Source: an uncultured Rickettsiales bacterium (lineage in GTDB: Bacteria; Pseudomonadota; Alphaproteobacteria; Rickettsiales; Deianiraeaceae). Taken from it: a stretch of 64,000 nt of DNA. Each line of letters opens with the position of its first letter. Positions within the stretch are counted from its first letter, which is position 1. The notes under the pieces are model-generated. The model was not told the origin of the DNA and did no database searches. It saw only the letters and a list, made by a program, of their open reading frames with translations. Of the stretch, positions 21,427 to 29,410 are shown piece by piece. The stretch is taken from NCBI GenBank assembly GCA_946413485.1, contig CAMKKS010000001.1, positions 4,749-68,748 of the forward strand, written 5' to 3'. A program made the translations under genes and the position numbers.

Positions 21427-21729
21427 TTAATCATCCTTTAAAGTATCAAGTTCTTCTAAAGCTTTTTGAGGACGAACTGAAATGAATTTCCAATACCAAC
21501 CATATTCGTCTTCATATCTCATCAAAACATCATGATCTTTAAAGATTATTTCAAAATCCAAACATCCTGAGCAAAAATCAGATATTTCACCAAAATCTTT
21601 AACACACTTTAAGAAAGATTCTGCAGTAACACATCTTCCATCAACTCTCACAAAATCGATATCAGATTCTTTTTTATCGTAAGTTTTTAAAACATTTAAT
21701 AACTGGCTGTAAAAGCTAACTTTTTTCAT
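21427..21729 (-). CDS. hypothetical protein
   Basis: 100-aa ORF, AGAGGAACG SD. Confidence 0.55.
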   Translation of the reverse strand: MKKVSFYSQLLNVLKTYDKKESDIDFVRVDGRCVTAESFLKCVKDFGEISDFCSGCLDFEIIFKDHDVLMRYEDEYGWYWKFISVRPQKALEELDTLKDD

Positions 21730-21767
21730 TTTTCGTTCCTCTTTTGTTTCTCAACGTTTATGATTAT

Positions 21768-21795
21768 ATTATAACGTATTTTTTAAGTTTGTAAA
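21768..21795 (-). promoter_or_regulatory. sigma70-type promoter TTTACA-N16-TATAAT
   Basis: TTTACA 21795-21790, TATAAT 21773-21768. Confidence 0.6.
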
Positions 21796-21878
21796 CGATT
21801 TTTTTAAATTTTTTAAGAATTTTTAAATTCAGTTTCAAATCAAACTCTTTGTTTACGTCATTCTTAACTTATGATTAT

Positions 21879-21907
21879 ATTATAACGTATTTTTTTAAGT
21901 TTGTAAA
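21879..21907 (-). promoter_or_regulatory. orphan copy of the early promoter cassette
   Basis: TTTACA 21907-21902, N17, TATAAT 21884-21879; followed only by a remnant (AATTCAGTTTCAAATCAAACTCTTTGT) resembling the 3' end of 21927-22142, no ORF. Confidence 0.5.
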
Positions 21908-21926
21908 CGATTTTTTTTAAAAATTT

Positions 21927-22142
21927 TTAAAAATTAAATTCAGTTTCAAACCAAGACTCTTCGTCTACTTCTTTAGCTTCGTGAAGTTCGTCTTTCATTT
22001 CCTCTTTTAAAGAATTTAAATAATTTTTTAAATCATCTAATTTTAAAAGAGCAAATTCAATATCCGCGAGAGAATAGTCATCTCTATTTACTTTGTCTAA
22101 AACTCTCAAAATGAGTTTTATATCTTTTTCAGATTTTTTCAT
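21927..22142 (-). CDS. hypothetical small acidic protein
   Basis: 71-aa ORF. Confidence 0.55.
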   Translation of the reverse strand: MKKSEKDIKLILRVLDKVNRDDYSLADIEFALLKLDDLKNYLNSLKEEMKDELHEAKEVDEESWFETEFNF

Positions 22143-22174
22143 TATTTAAACTCCGTTTCAAATTTATGATTATA

Positions 22175-22202
22175 TTATAACGTATTTTTAAAAGTTGTAA
22201 AT
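22175..22202 (-). promoter_or_regulatory. sigma70-type promoter TTTACA-N16-TATAAT
   Basis: TTTACA 22202-22197, TATAAT 22180-22175; back-to-back with the + strand promoter 22235-22262. Confidence 0.6.
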
Positions 22203-22234
22203 ATCTTTTTAATAAATATTTTTAAAAATTTTTA

Positions 22235-22262
22235 TTTACTTTCTTTAAAAATACGTTATAAT
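22235..22262 (+). promoter_or_regulatory. sigma70-type promoter TTTACT-N16-TATAAT
   Basis: TTTACT 22235-22240, TATAAT 22257-22262; AAGAGGA SD then ATG 22294. Confidence 0.6.
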
Positions 22263-22293
22263 AAGAATATAAAATAATTAAGAGGATCGAAAA

Positions 22294-22449
22294 ATGACTG
22301 AAGAAGAGAAAATTGAAGTTTTAAAAGCTATTGATTATTATTCTAATAATAAAGGTTCGAATAAGATTTTAATTAAAATTAAGAATGATATTTTTGAATC
22401 TCTTAAAGATAAAGAAAGATATTATAAGATAGTTCACAAAGGAGAATAA
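22294..22449 (+). CDS. hypothetical small protein (51 aa, not in ORF track)
   Basis: MTEEEKIEVLKAIDYYSNNKGSNKILIKIKNDIFESLKDKERYYKIVHKGE; strong SD. Confidence 0.55.
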   Translation: MTEEEKIEVLKAIDYYSNNKGSNKILIKIKNDIFESLKDKERYYKIVHKGE

Positions 22450-22451
22450 AA

Positions 22452-22625
22452 ATGAGTTTAGATAAAGCTATTCTACACGGAAAAGAACATAGAAAGGCTT
22501 ATAAAGGTGCTAAAGCTTGTGATAAATCTTGTAGGAATCATGGCGATTGTCCTTGGTGTTTAGAAAATCGTCTTTATAAAAATAAAAAGAAAATGTTTGA
22601 TTTTTTAAAAGATTTAGATTATTAA
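22452..22625 (+). CDS. small Cys-rich (zinc-finger-like) protein (57 aa, not in ORF track)
   Basis: MSLDKAILHGKEHRKAYKGAKACDKSCRNHGDCPWCLENRLYKNKKKMFDFLKDLDY; C-x3-C-x5-C-x2-C; starts 2 nt after the previous stop. Confidence 0.55.
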   Translation: MSLDKAILHGKEHRKAYKGAKACDKSCRNHGDCPWCLENRLYKNKKKMFDFLKDLDY

Positions 22626-22629
22626 AAAT

Positions 22630-22821
22630 ACGTTATAAGAAAATCGTAAAAGTTCATTACGTTATTTTTAGTTGAGATTAAAAAATACGTAATGAGCTTT
22701 TATTAAATCTTCAATACGTTGTTTTTAGTTTGAATTAAAAAATACGTTATAAGAAAATCGCAAAAGTTCATTACGTTGTTTTAAAAATACGTAATGAACT
22801 TTTAATAATTTTGAATAACGT
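22630..22821. repeat. four ACGTAAT-family hairpins in tandem
   Basis: 22630-22662, 22687-22719, 22744-22776, 22789-22821; followed by AAAAAATTTCAATTCTCTATATATAAAATATT box. Confidence 0.65.
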
Positions 22822-22890
22822 ATTATTTAAAAAATTTCAATTCTCTATATATAAAATATTATAAAAATATTTTAAATAAAAAACTTTAAA

Positions 22891-24873
22891 TTATTCTATC
22901 GTTACTGTCCAACCATTTATAGTAATATTTGTAAATGACGGTGTATTTGAAACATTTAATGTTGTACCACTTAAGGATAAGTTAGATCCAGCATGTATAT
23001 TACATGAAGTCATATAGGATTTTTCATCAAAATATACAAACGATTTTCCAGTATTTTCATTATATATTCTTGAATAATCCGCAACCTCGTCAGATACTTT
23101 TCTGTTTGTTAAATACCATGAATTATTATTTGAATCATAAGCATAAATAACATTATTTAATGTATCATATATATCATTTGAATCAAATAAACCATCAAAA
23201 CGCTCAAGATACATAAAACCGTTTTGTGATAATAGCGATACACCCACACTACTTTTATTTAAGAGCATTTTTCTTATATTGTTATAGGTATCTATATCTA
23301 AATTATCAGGCACGTCTGATGCGGTATACGTAAACGATATGCTAAAATTTTCTTCATTTATCTGTGAACCACGAATATTTAAAGTAGAGCCTTCTCTTTG
23401 AACTTCCATGTGAGCGTATTTCATATACCAACCATCATCGGTATCATTTGATTCACCATCGGTATCATTTGATTCACCATCGGTACCACTTGACTCATCA
23501 TCGGTATCATTTGATTCACCATCGGTATCATTTGATTCACCATCTTCTTTATGAATAACTGTTACTTGTGAAAGGGCATTATATAACATAACAGAAGTGG
23601 ATTTTCCATAATCGTAGTATAAACCGCAAATGGTTGCCACGGCATCTCTAATAAAAGATAAAGTATGTTCATTGCCTTGATCGTCTTTCATATAACCGCA
23701 GACAATACCAAACATACCATCATCTTTTAAATACCCGGCAGTACCAAATAATTGCTCAAATTCTTCGTCTGGTCCACAGACTTTAATACCTAATGTATAT
23801 TTTTTATACTTTCTGTTTGAAATAAAACCTGTGTAAGTAGCTGTGTTTATATTATTTGCAATACGCATTTTGTTTTCATCAAACTGCCATCCTTGAAGAT
23901 CTGTAAGTACCTGCCCCGTGGCATTTGATAAATTATATTGTGTATTGCCTGTATGTGAAAATCTATACCATGTTTCAAAAACATCTTTTAATGTAGGCGG
24001 TTTGGTATTTAAAGCATTTTCCAAATCCTCGGCAGTATCTACCATATTTAAAAAATATTGATCTCCAGTTGGAATTGTCGCTGTGACATTCCTATCAACA
24101 ATATTAGTTATTCTTCCTTTTGAATCAACCGTTATTTCAGGTATTTTAATATCTAAAGATTTAGTATCTAAAACATCTGTTAATTGTCCATAAACACCTT
24201 CAGAAACACCTGAAGGAGCTAACGCTGTTGTAAGTGCCCAATCTCCTTTTGAATAAGCTGAACCTGTTACATCTCCCGAAAGAACAATATATTTTTCTGA
24301 TTTAAATTCAGTTGCTGTTTCCGCGTTTCCTGTTACTGAACCTTTAATCGGTAAAACAAACTCTTTTTCACCTGGAATTGTTTCGGTACCTGATTTATGA
24401 ACTACAGCGGAATCATCAGCTTTTGAAGCTATTTGAGTAGCTATAGTTGAAGCAAAATCAGGGTCGTTTCCGAGAGCATCGGCAAGCTCTTTTAAAGTAT
24501 CTAAAGTTGTCGGAGCAGAATCAATCAGATTTGAAATATCCTGTTTCGTCGCAAAATCGGATAAATCCTGATGCTCGGTTAAAAATCCAGAATCGTTTTG
24601 AAGCTCAGAAACTTTAGTAGGAACTTGAATATTTGCGGTTGCGTTTGAACTTTGATTTGCGGAAAATGTTGAAACATTTTGACCATTCTTTTGAATTGTT
24701 AAAATACCGTTATTTATCGGCGGTAAAGTGCTCTGATTGTAATATCCAGCATCATTTTGAAGATCAGATACTTTTGTTGGAAAAGTATTCTGTGAAGCTA
24801 AAATCCGTGAATCAATATATTCTTTAACATTTTTCCAAAATCGTTTAACGCCTGGTAAAGTCAAAACTGCCAT
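22891..24873 (-). CDS. tail fibre protein
   Basis: 660 aa; repeated PTKVS(D/E)LQND(A/S)G(Y/F) phage-fibre motifs near the N-terminus, SGxxTGNAETAT.., Asn/Ser/Thr-rich C-terminal domain; TATAAATA box upstream. Confidence 0.8.
   Translation of the reverse strand: MAVLTLPGVKRFWKNVKEYIDSRILASQNTFPTKVSDLQNDAGYYNQSTLPPINNGILTIQKNGQNVSTFSANQSSNATANIQVPTKVSELQNDSGFLTEHQDLSDFATKQDISNLIDSAPTTLDTLKELADALGNDPDFASTIATQIASKADDSAVVHKSGTETIPGEKEFVLPIKGSVTGNAETATEFKSEKYIVLSGDVTGSAYSKGDWALTTALAPSGVSEGVYGQLTDVLDTKSLDIKIPEITVDSKGRITNIVDRNVTATIPTGDQYFLNMVDTAEDLENALNTKPPTLKDVFETWYRFSHTGNTQYNLSNATGQVLTDLQGWQFDENKMRIANNINTATYTGFISNRKYKKYTLGIKVCGPDEEFEQLFGTAGYLKDDGMFGIVCGYMKDDQGNEHTLSFIRDAVATICGLYYDYGKSTSVMLYNALSQVTVIHKEDGESNDTDGESNDTDDESSGTDGESNDTDGESNDTDDGWYMKYAHMEVQREGSTLNIRGSQINEENFSISFTYTASDVPDNLDIDTYNNIRKMLLNKSSVGVSLLSQNGFMYLERFDGLFDSNDIYDTLNNVIYAYDSNNNSWYLTNRKVSDEVADYSRIYNENTGKSFVYFDEKSYMTSCNIHAGSNLSLSGTTLNVSNTPSFTNITINGWTVTIE
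23437..23541. repeat. 5 x 21-nt in-frame tandem repeat inside the fibre gene
   Basis: ATCGGTATCATTTGATTCACC x5 (third copy diverged) encoding (DGESNDT)n. Confidence 0.9.
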
Positions 24874-24895
24874 TTTAAAAATCCTTTTTTAATTT

Positions 24896-24903
24896 TATTT
24901 ATA
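24896..24903 (-). promoter_or_regulatory. T4-type late promoter box TATAAATA
   Basis: 23 nt upstream of fibre ATG 24873. Confidence 0.5.
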
Positions 24904-24962
24904 GATTTTTTAAATATTTTTAATAATATCTTTATATAGAAAACTGAAATTTTTTAAAAATA

Positions 24963-25202
24963 ACGTAATGAACTTTTATGAAAAGTCTATTACGTTATAA
25001 TTTTTTAAAGAGAGTTCTAGAACTCGTTCAAAACCAGAACTCTCGAATTCAGTTCCAGAACTAGAAAAACTAGAACCTTCAAAATGAAAACTAGAACTCT
25101 ATTAAAAGTTTTTATTTAAAATATTTTTAAATATCATTATATAAGGAAATTGAAAAAATAAAAAAAAATACGTAATAAGCTTTTACGAAAAGTCCATTAC
25201 GT
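24963..25202. repeat. complete composite non-coding module
   Basis: Hairpin 24963-24995; five GTTCTAG/CTAGAAC boxes 25003-25093; TATATAAGGAAATTGAAAAAATAAAAAAAAA; hairpin 25170-25202. Confidence 0.65.
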
Positions 25203-25238
25203 ATAAAAAGTGTGTTGGATAGTAACTTATAGAATTCT

Positions 25239-25997
25239 TTATAAAAAGTCTTTAAATGATTTTATCTCTTCTTTTGATTTTTCTAATTTATCTTTGATCT
25301 TTTCAAATCTGTCTTCAATTTTCTTTTCTACTGTATCTAGGTTCTTTAATTTAATTTTTTCAGTTGTTTCAGATCGTTTCTGCTCAATCTGATTTATTGC
25401 GTTTTGATAATTATCTTCTACTTCTTTATCTTTTTCTGCATAGTCTTTAATCAGTTCTTTAATTCTTTCTCTTAATTGATCAACATATTTTTTGACAAAT
25501 TCTTCGTCTTCAAGATTTTTTAAAAAATCATCAACTGCGAACTGCTGTTGTGGATTTTCTTTGTTAACCAGCTGTGCTAAAATCTTTAAAGTTGTTTTAA
25601 AGTTTTTATCTGAATAAACGTTTCGTTTTAAACCTGCTTTCTTTAGATTTGCTATGATTTTGTCTTTATTTTCGATATCGTCAAGCTTGTGAGCAAATTC
25701 GATAGTGCTCTGTTCAGTTGCTTTTAAACCGACATCAATTCCCATGATTTTATTATAAAGAGCAATAGCAGAAGGAATCGCTTTTCCCGTTGTTACATCG
25801 GCTTTACTTCTTAAAAATCCTAAGAGTTTGTTATAATTGAAAAGAGTCGGCTGAAGTCTGGACGCATCAAAAACCTGATTGTGCGATTTAGCAAAAGAAA
25901 CACGATACCTTAAAAGAACAGGGAATTGTTTCAGCTGCTCATCAGAGAGTTCGTCTGAAAGCTCTTCAATTAAAAGTTTAAAATTTTTTATTGACAT
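25239..25997 (-). CDS. hypothetical protein (charged, coiled-coil C-terminus)
   Basis: 252-aa ORF; MSIKNFKLLIEE.. is a weak variant of the leader motif. Confidence 0.5.
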   Translation of the reverse strand: MSIKNFKLLIEELSDELSDEQLKQFPVLLRYRVSFAKSHNQVFDASRLQPTLFNYNKLLGFLRSKADVTTGKAIPSAIALYNKIMGIDVGLKATEQSTIEFAHKLDDIENKDKIIANLKKAGLKRNVYSDKNFKTTLKILAQLVNKENPQQQFAVDDFLKNLEDEEFVKKYVDQLRERIKELIKDYAEKDKEVEDNYQNAINQIEQKRSETTEKIKLKNLDTVEKKIEDRFEKIKDKLEKSKEEIKSFKDFL

Positions 25998-26228
25998 TTA
26001 CTTTTTTCTTTTTACTGTCTTTTCGATTTCAGCAATTTCCTGAGATATCTTTGAGATTGACTCTTGAAAAATGGTCATTTGATTTTGAATATCATTTATC
26101 CTGTTATCACAAAGATAGATATTTGATTTTGCTGTTTCAATTTCAGAAACAATCTTTTTAAATTTGATTTTGTAAAAAATCAAAACTATTAAAATCAAAG
26201 CTAAAAAGCTTAAAATAACCCAGTACAT
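25998..26228 (-). CDS. N-terminal TM + coiled-coil protein (lysis-associated?)
   Basis: MYWVILSFLALILIVLIFY then heptad-like helix; adjacent to the spanin pair. Confidence 0.45.
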   Translation of the reverse strand: MYWVILSFLALILIVLIFYKIKFKKIVSEIETAKSNIYLCDNRINDIQNQMTIFQESISKISQEIAEIEKTVKRKK

Positions 26229-26251
26229 AATTTTTTAACCTCTTTTATCTA

Positions 26252-26548
26252 TTATTTATAATTTTCGTAATATTCTTTATAAGCGTTTATGATTTCGTTC
26301 TGTTGAACAATAAAACGCTTTAATTCCTGAAAATTTTTTGAAAGGTTTGAATATCCTTTAGGGTTTAAACATATTTTAGCTTCATCAGTTATGTTATAAA
26401 CTTCAAAATTATACGGAAGGAGCTCTAAAGGTTCAGGATTTTGAATATTTAACCTAGGTTTTGTTATTGATGTTGAACATCCGATTAAAAAGAGAAAACT
26501 CAGAAAGCTTAATCGCACGGTAAATTCTTTGAAATATTTTCTAAACAT
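26252..26548 (-). CDS. outer-membrane spanin (o-spanin lipoprotein)
   Basis: Signal peptide with lipobox LSFLFLIG/C; 98 aa; 5' end overlaps the i-spanin candidate by 40 nt. Confidence 0.6.
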   Translation of the reverse strand: MFRKYFKEFTVRLSFLSFLFLIGCSTSITKPRLNIQNPEPLELLPYNFEVYNITDEAKICLNPKGYSNLSKNFQELKRFIVQQNEIINAYKEYYENYK

Positions 26549-26862
26549 TTATTGACCTCGTTTGAAGCATTGTTAATTCGTTTTTCAAGCATTTTAGGGT
26601 GCTTAGAAGATATCTTGTTTGCTTGAATTTCGAATTTTGAAAGTTTATTTAAAAGAGTTTTCTGTTCTTTTTGAAGCTTTGAATTTGTCTTTTGAATCTT
26701 TATATTTATATCCGCAATTTGTTTATTCGATAATTCTAACATTTCAATCTGTTCTTTTTGAAGAGTATTCTCTTCCGCTAATCTCTGACATTTTGAATAC
26801 AGATATTGAATTGCTATTAAAAGAACCAGGAATACGATTATGATATAATATTTAATGCTCAT
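26509..26862 (-). CDS. inner-membrane spanin (i-spanin)
   Basis: N-terminal TM YYIIIVFLVLLIAIQYL followed by a coiled-coil periplasmic domain; overlapped architecture with 26252-26548. Confidence 0.55.
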   Translation of the reverse strand: MSIKYYIIIVFLVLLIAIQYLYSKCQRLAEENTLQKEQIEMLELSNKQIADINIKIQKTNSKLQKEQKTLLNKLSKFEIQANKISSKHPKMLEKRINNASNEVNKCLENISKNLPCD

Positions 26863-26889
26863 TTTTTGACCTCTTTAATTATTTATTTT

Positions 26890-26988
26890 TTGTGAAATAT
26901 CGACACTTTTGGCTTAAAAAAATTGTGAAATATTGATACTTTTAGCTTAAAAAAATTGTGAAATTTCGATATTTCGTCGAAAAGATAC
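26890..26988. repeat. three 33-bp direct repeats (iteron-like)
   Basis: TTGTGAAATATCGACACTTTTGGCTTAAAAAAA at 26890, 26923 and 26956 (third diverged). Confidence 0.75.
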
Positions 26989-26999
26989 TGTATACAGTA
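26986..26999. repeat. perfect 14-bp palindrome TACTGTATACAGTA
   Basis: Read directly; related palindromes at 2231-2280. Confidence 0.8.
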
Positions 27000-27119
27000 C
27001 TATATATCGGTATTTAGGTACTGCATATTGTATATTTTTGATATTTGAATTTTGTCTAATATAGCTGTATTAGGCAGAATGCCAATTTTTGAGATTTTTG
27101 ATATTTTGGCTTAAAAACA

Positions 27120-27407
27120 ACGTATTGAACTTTTATGAAAAGTCTATTACGTAATAAAATTTTTTTCAATTTCCTATATAATAATATTATTAAAAATATT
27201 TTAAATAAAAGCTTTAATAGAATTTGAGAGTGCTCTCAAATTCGATACTAAAAGTATTTTTATTATATTCTTTATATAAAGAACCTTGAAAATTGTTTTT
27301 GAAGTGAAAGAGAGTTCTGGAACTAGAGAAAAACTAGAACATTTAAATGTTTTATGAAAATTGAAAAAAAAAATACGTAATGACCTTTTCGCAAAAGTCT
27401 ATTACGT
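27120..27407. repeat. composite non-coding module
   Basis: Hairpin 27120-27152; TTTCAATTTCCTATATAATAATATT box; GAGAGTGCTCTC palindrome; TTCTTTATATAAAGAA; boxes 27311-27341; hairpin 27375-27407. Confidence 0.6.
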
Positions 27408-27428
27408 ATTATTGAGATGTTTTATTTT

Positions 27429-27896
27429 TTAACCAGCTGTGATATAATCTGAAGGTTTGCTCTTTGCGATGTAATTATTAACATTTTCGAGAGTTTGAGC
27501 AAAAGCTGAAAGACAATTTGCTACTTTAATAAAGTGATTGCCGGTTGCTTCACCATTACAGTTAAAACCGAGCTCAAAATAATCTTTCTTTGTTTTTCCT
27601 ACTTCGTAAATCTCGTTTCTGTCCATGATTGTTACAAAGTAAGGTCTTGTTGAGCCTTTATAATTAAAATCAAGGTCAACCCATAAATGATTATTTAAAA
27701 TATAAACATTTAACTTTTTAATTGTAGCAAAACCGTTTAAACCGTCTAAAAGAATTTTCAAAAGACTTTTATAACCTTTAGAATCTTCCATCTCTTTAAG
27801 ATCAACTTTTGTTTCATAATCTTTTGATAAATCTACTTCGTTGATCTGTTCTTCAGTTTTTTCTTCAGGTTTAAAATAATATTCTTTAAAATTCAT
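27429..27896 (-). CDS. CTS-leader protein (internal-protein candidate)
   Basis: 155 aa; MNFKEYYFKPEEKTEEQINE/VDL. Confidence 0.6.
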   Translation of the reverse strand: MNFKEYYFKPEEKTEEQINEVDLSKDYETKVDLKEMEDSKGYKSLLKILLDGLNGFATIKKLNVYILNNHLWVDLDFNYKGSTRPYFVTIMDRNEIYEVGKTKKDYFELGFNCNGEATGNHFIKVANCLSAFAQTLENVNNYIAKSKPSDYITAG

Positions 27897-27907
27897 TTTA
27901 AAAATCC

Positions 27908-28405
27908 TTAAATATATTTTTCAAAATCTTTTACAGAAGCAATGTTAAATTTATCTGAAGGATTTTTAACGATTGTTAAACCCATATTTTTCTTTGGATC
28001 GAATACTTTCTTGAGCTGTCTAAGAGCTTCTTCAAGGCATTCTTCAGCGTTTACCTTGTCCATTACGTGACCTTTAGCTGAAGTATCAATTTTGTTGATA
28101 TAATCAATAGCTTCTTTAAGGGTTAAATGAACATTTGCGTTGTTATTTTCTCTATCCCAAGTAGTAACACTGAATGAAACGGCAGCTGAATGGTCCTTTG
28201 AATTATAATCAATTCTGATTTTTGGAGCTACGTGCTCATAATAGGAATCTTCTTCCTCGTAGTGGACAACCAGTGTCTGAGGGGTTAACATTGTACCATA
28301 CTTGTTACAAAATCTTGAACGGGTCAAGGTCTTTTTAAGCAATTCAAGAACTGGTTCTGAAGCTTCTTTAATAATTTGTTCGTTTAAAAATTCTTTAAAA
28401 CTCAT
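27908..28405 (-). CDS. CTS-leader protein (internal-protein candidate)
   Basis: Start moved to MSFKEFLNE/QIIKE/A (AAGGAT SD); the track start 28459 would overlap the upstream gene. Confidence 0.6.
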   Translation of the reverse strand: MSFKEFLNEQIIKEASEPVLELLKKTLTRSRFCNKYGTMLTPQTLVVHYEEEDSYYEHVAPKIRIDYNSKDHSAAVSFSVTTWDRENNNANVHLTLKEAIDYINKIDTSAKGHVMDKVNAEECLEEALRQLKKVFDPKKNMGLTIVKNPSDKFNIASVKDFEKYI

Positions 28406-28415
28406 TTTAAAATCC

Positions 28416-28751
28416 TTACATATCGAAAGCGATATATGCTTTAACACCAAATTTAGCAAACGGATAACCGTGGGCTAAAATATTGTTTAATTCCATTTCC
28501 CTTGTTATCCACTCAGAAAATTCAGGAATCCAAATTTTTCTTACAAAGCCTTCGAAAAAGCTTGCTGCCGGCGCTTTACCACCGTTTTCTTTATAAGACA
28601 GTTTCTTTTTATTTTTTTCAATAAATGCTTTTGATTTAGGTAAATCGTTGTTATCAACAGTTACCGCGTAAATTTCCCAGAAAAACTGCTCAAAATCAAC
28701 TTTTACTTTTTCATTTAATGGGCATTCATTTAAATACTCTTTAAAATTCAT
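28416..28751 (-). CDS. CTS-leader protein (internal-protein candidate)
   Basis: 111 aa; MNFKEYLNE/CPLNE/K. Confidence 0.6.
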   Translation of the reverse strand: MNFKEYLNECPLNEKVKVDFEQFFWEIYAVTVDNNDLPKSKAFIEKNKKKLSYKENGGKAPAASFFEGFVRKIWIPEFSEWITREMELNNILAHGYPFAKFGVKAYIAFDM

Positions 28752-28762
28752 TTTAATATCCT

Positions 28763-29095
28763 TTAAAGTTTATAATATAAATCTTTTAACCAGGAATCAA
28801 CATATTTTATATTCATAGAATTTTTAAATTTTTCTAATTTTCCTAAAGATTTTTTAACATCTTTAGAACTTTCAAATTCATTTAAAAATTCTTTACAAAG
28901 TAAACATATTGAAACTGCTTTTAAAAGGTTCTCAGAAACATTTAAAAGAGGATAATCATTTTCGGAAATATCTTTAATAGAATTAAATTTTTTAGATTGT
29001 TTCTTAACTTCTGAATTATAAAAATCATAATCAGATTTAATCTTTGAAATTAAATTTTCTTCATTTTCTATTATAAAGATATCTTTAAAATTCAT
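28763..29095 (-). CDS. CTS-leader protein (internal-protein candidate)
   Basis: 110 aa; MNFKDIFIIE/NEE. Confidence 0.6.
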   Translation of the reverse strand: MNFKDIFIIENEENLISKIKSDYDFYNSEVKKQSKKFNSIKDISENDYPLLNVSENLLKAVSICLLCKEFLNEFESSKDVKKSLGKLEKFKNSMNIKYVDSWLKDLYYKL

Positions 29096-29104
29096 TATAA
29101 ATCC

Positions 29105-29410
29105 TTACTTAAAAATAATTTTCTTTAAATCTTCTTCATGTTTTGTTGTAAATTCTAAAAACTTTTCGAGAACCTTTAAATTGTTAACGAGGTCATAAGA
29201 AGGATAGCCATATTCTTCAGAAAACGAATAAAAAACAGGATTTTGAAAATTTATTGTAATACCAAACATAGCAGCAGAGTTGCCAGCTTCAAGACTTAAA
29301 ATATTTTTATTTAAATTTAAAACTTTTACTTTAAATTTATTTTCTTTAAAATAATTTTCAATCTCTTTTATAGCTTCGTTTCCTTCAGTTAAATAATCTT
29401 TAAAATTCAT
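29105..29410 (-). CDS. CTS-leader protein (internal-protein candidate)
   Basis: 101 aa; MNFKDYLTE/GNE. Confidence 0.6.
   Translation of the reverse strand: MNFKDYLTEGNEAIKEIENYFKENKFKVKVLNLNKNILSLEAGNSAAMFGITINFQNPVFYSFSEEYGYPSYDLVNNLKVLEKFLEFTTKHEEDLKKIIFK

Noticed and set aside
22891-24873. Diversity-generating retroelement or invertible segment acting on the tail fibre.
   Set aside because: No reverse transcriptase, no template/variable repeat pair, and no invertase or flanking inverted repeats in the window. The only repeat is the simple 21-nt tandem array.
26986-26999. TACTGTATACAGTA as a LexA/SOS box.
   Set aside because: The enterobacterial LexA box is CTGT-N8-ACAG. Here CTGT and ACAG are separated by only 2 nt, so it does not fit. 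It is kept only as an unexplained palindrome.
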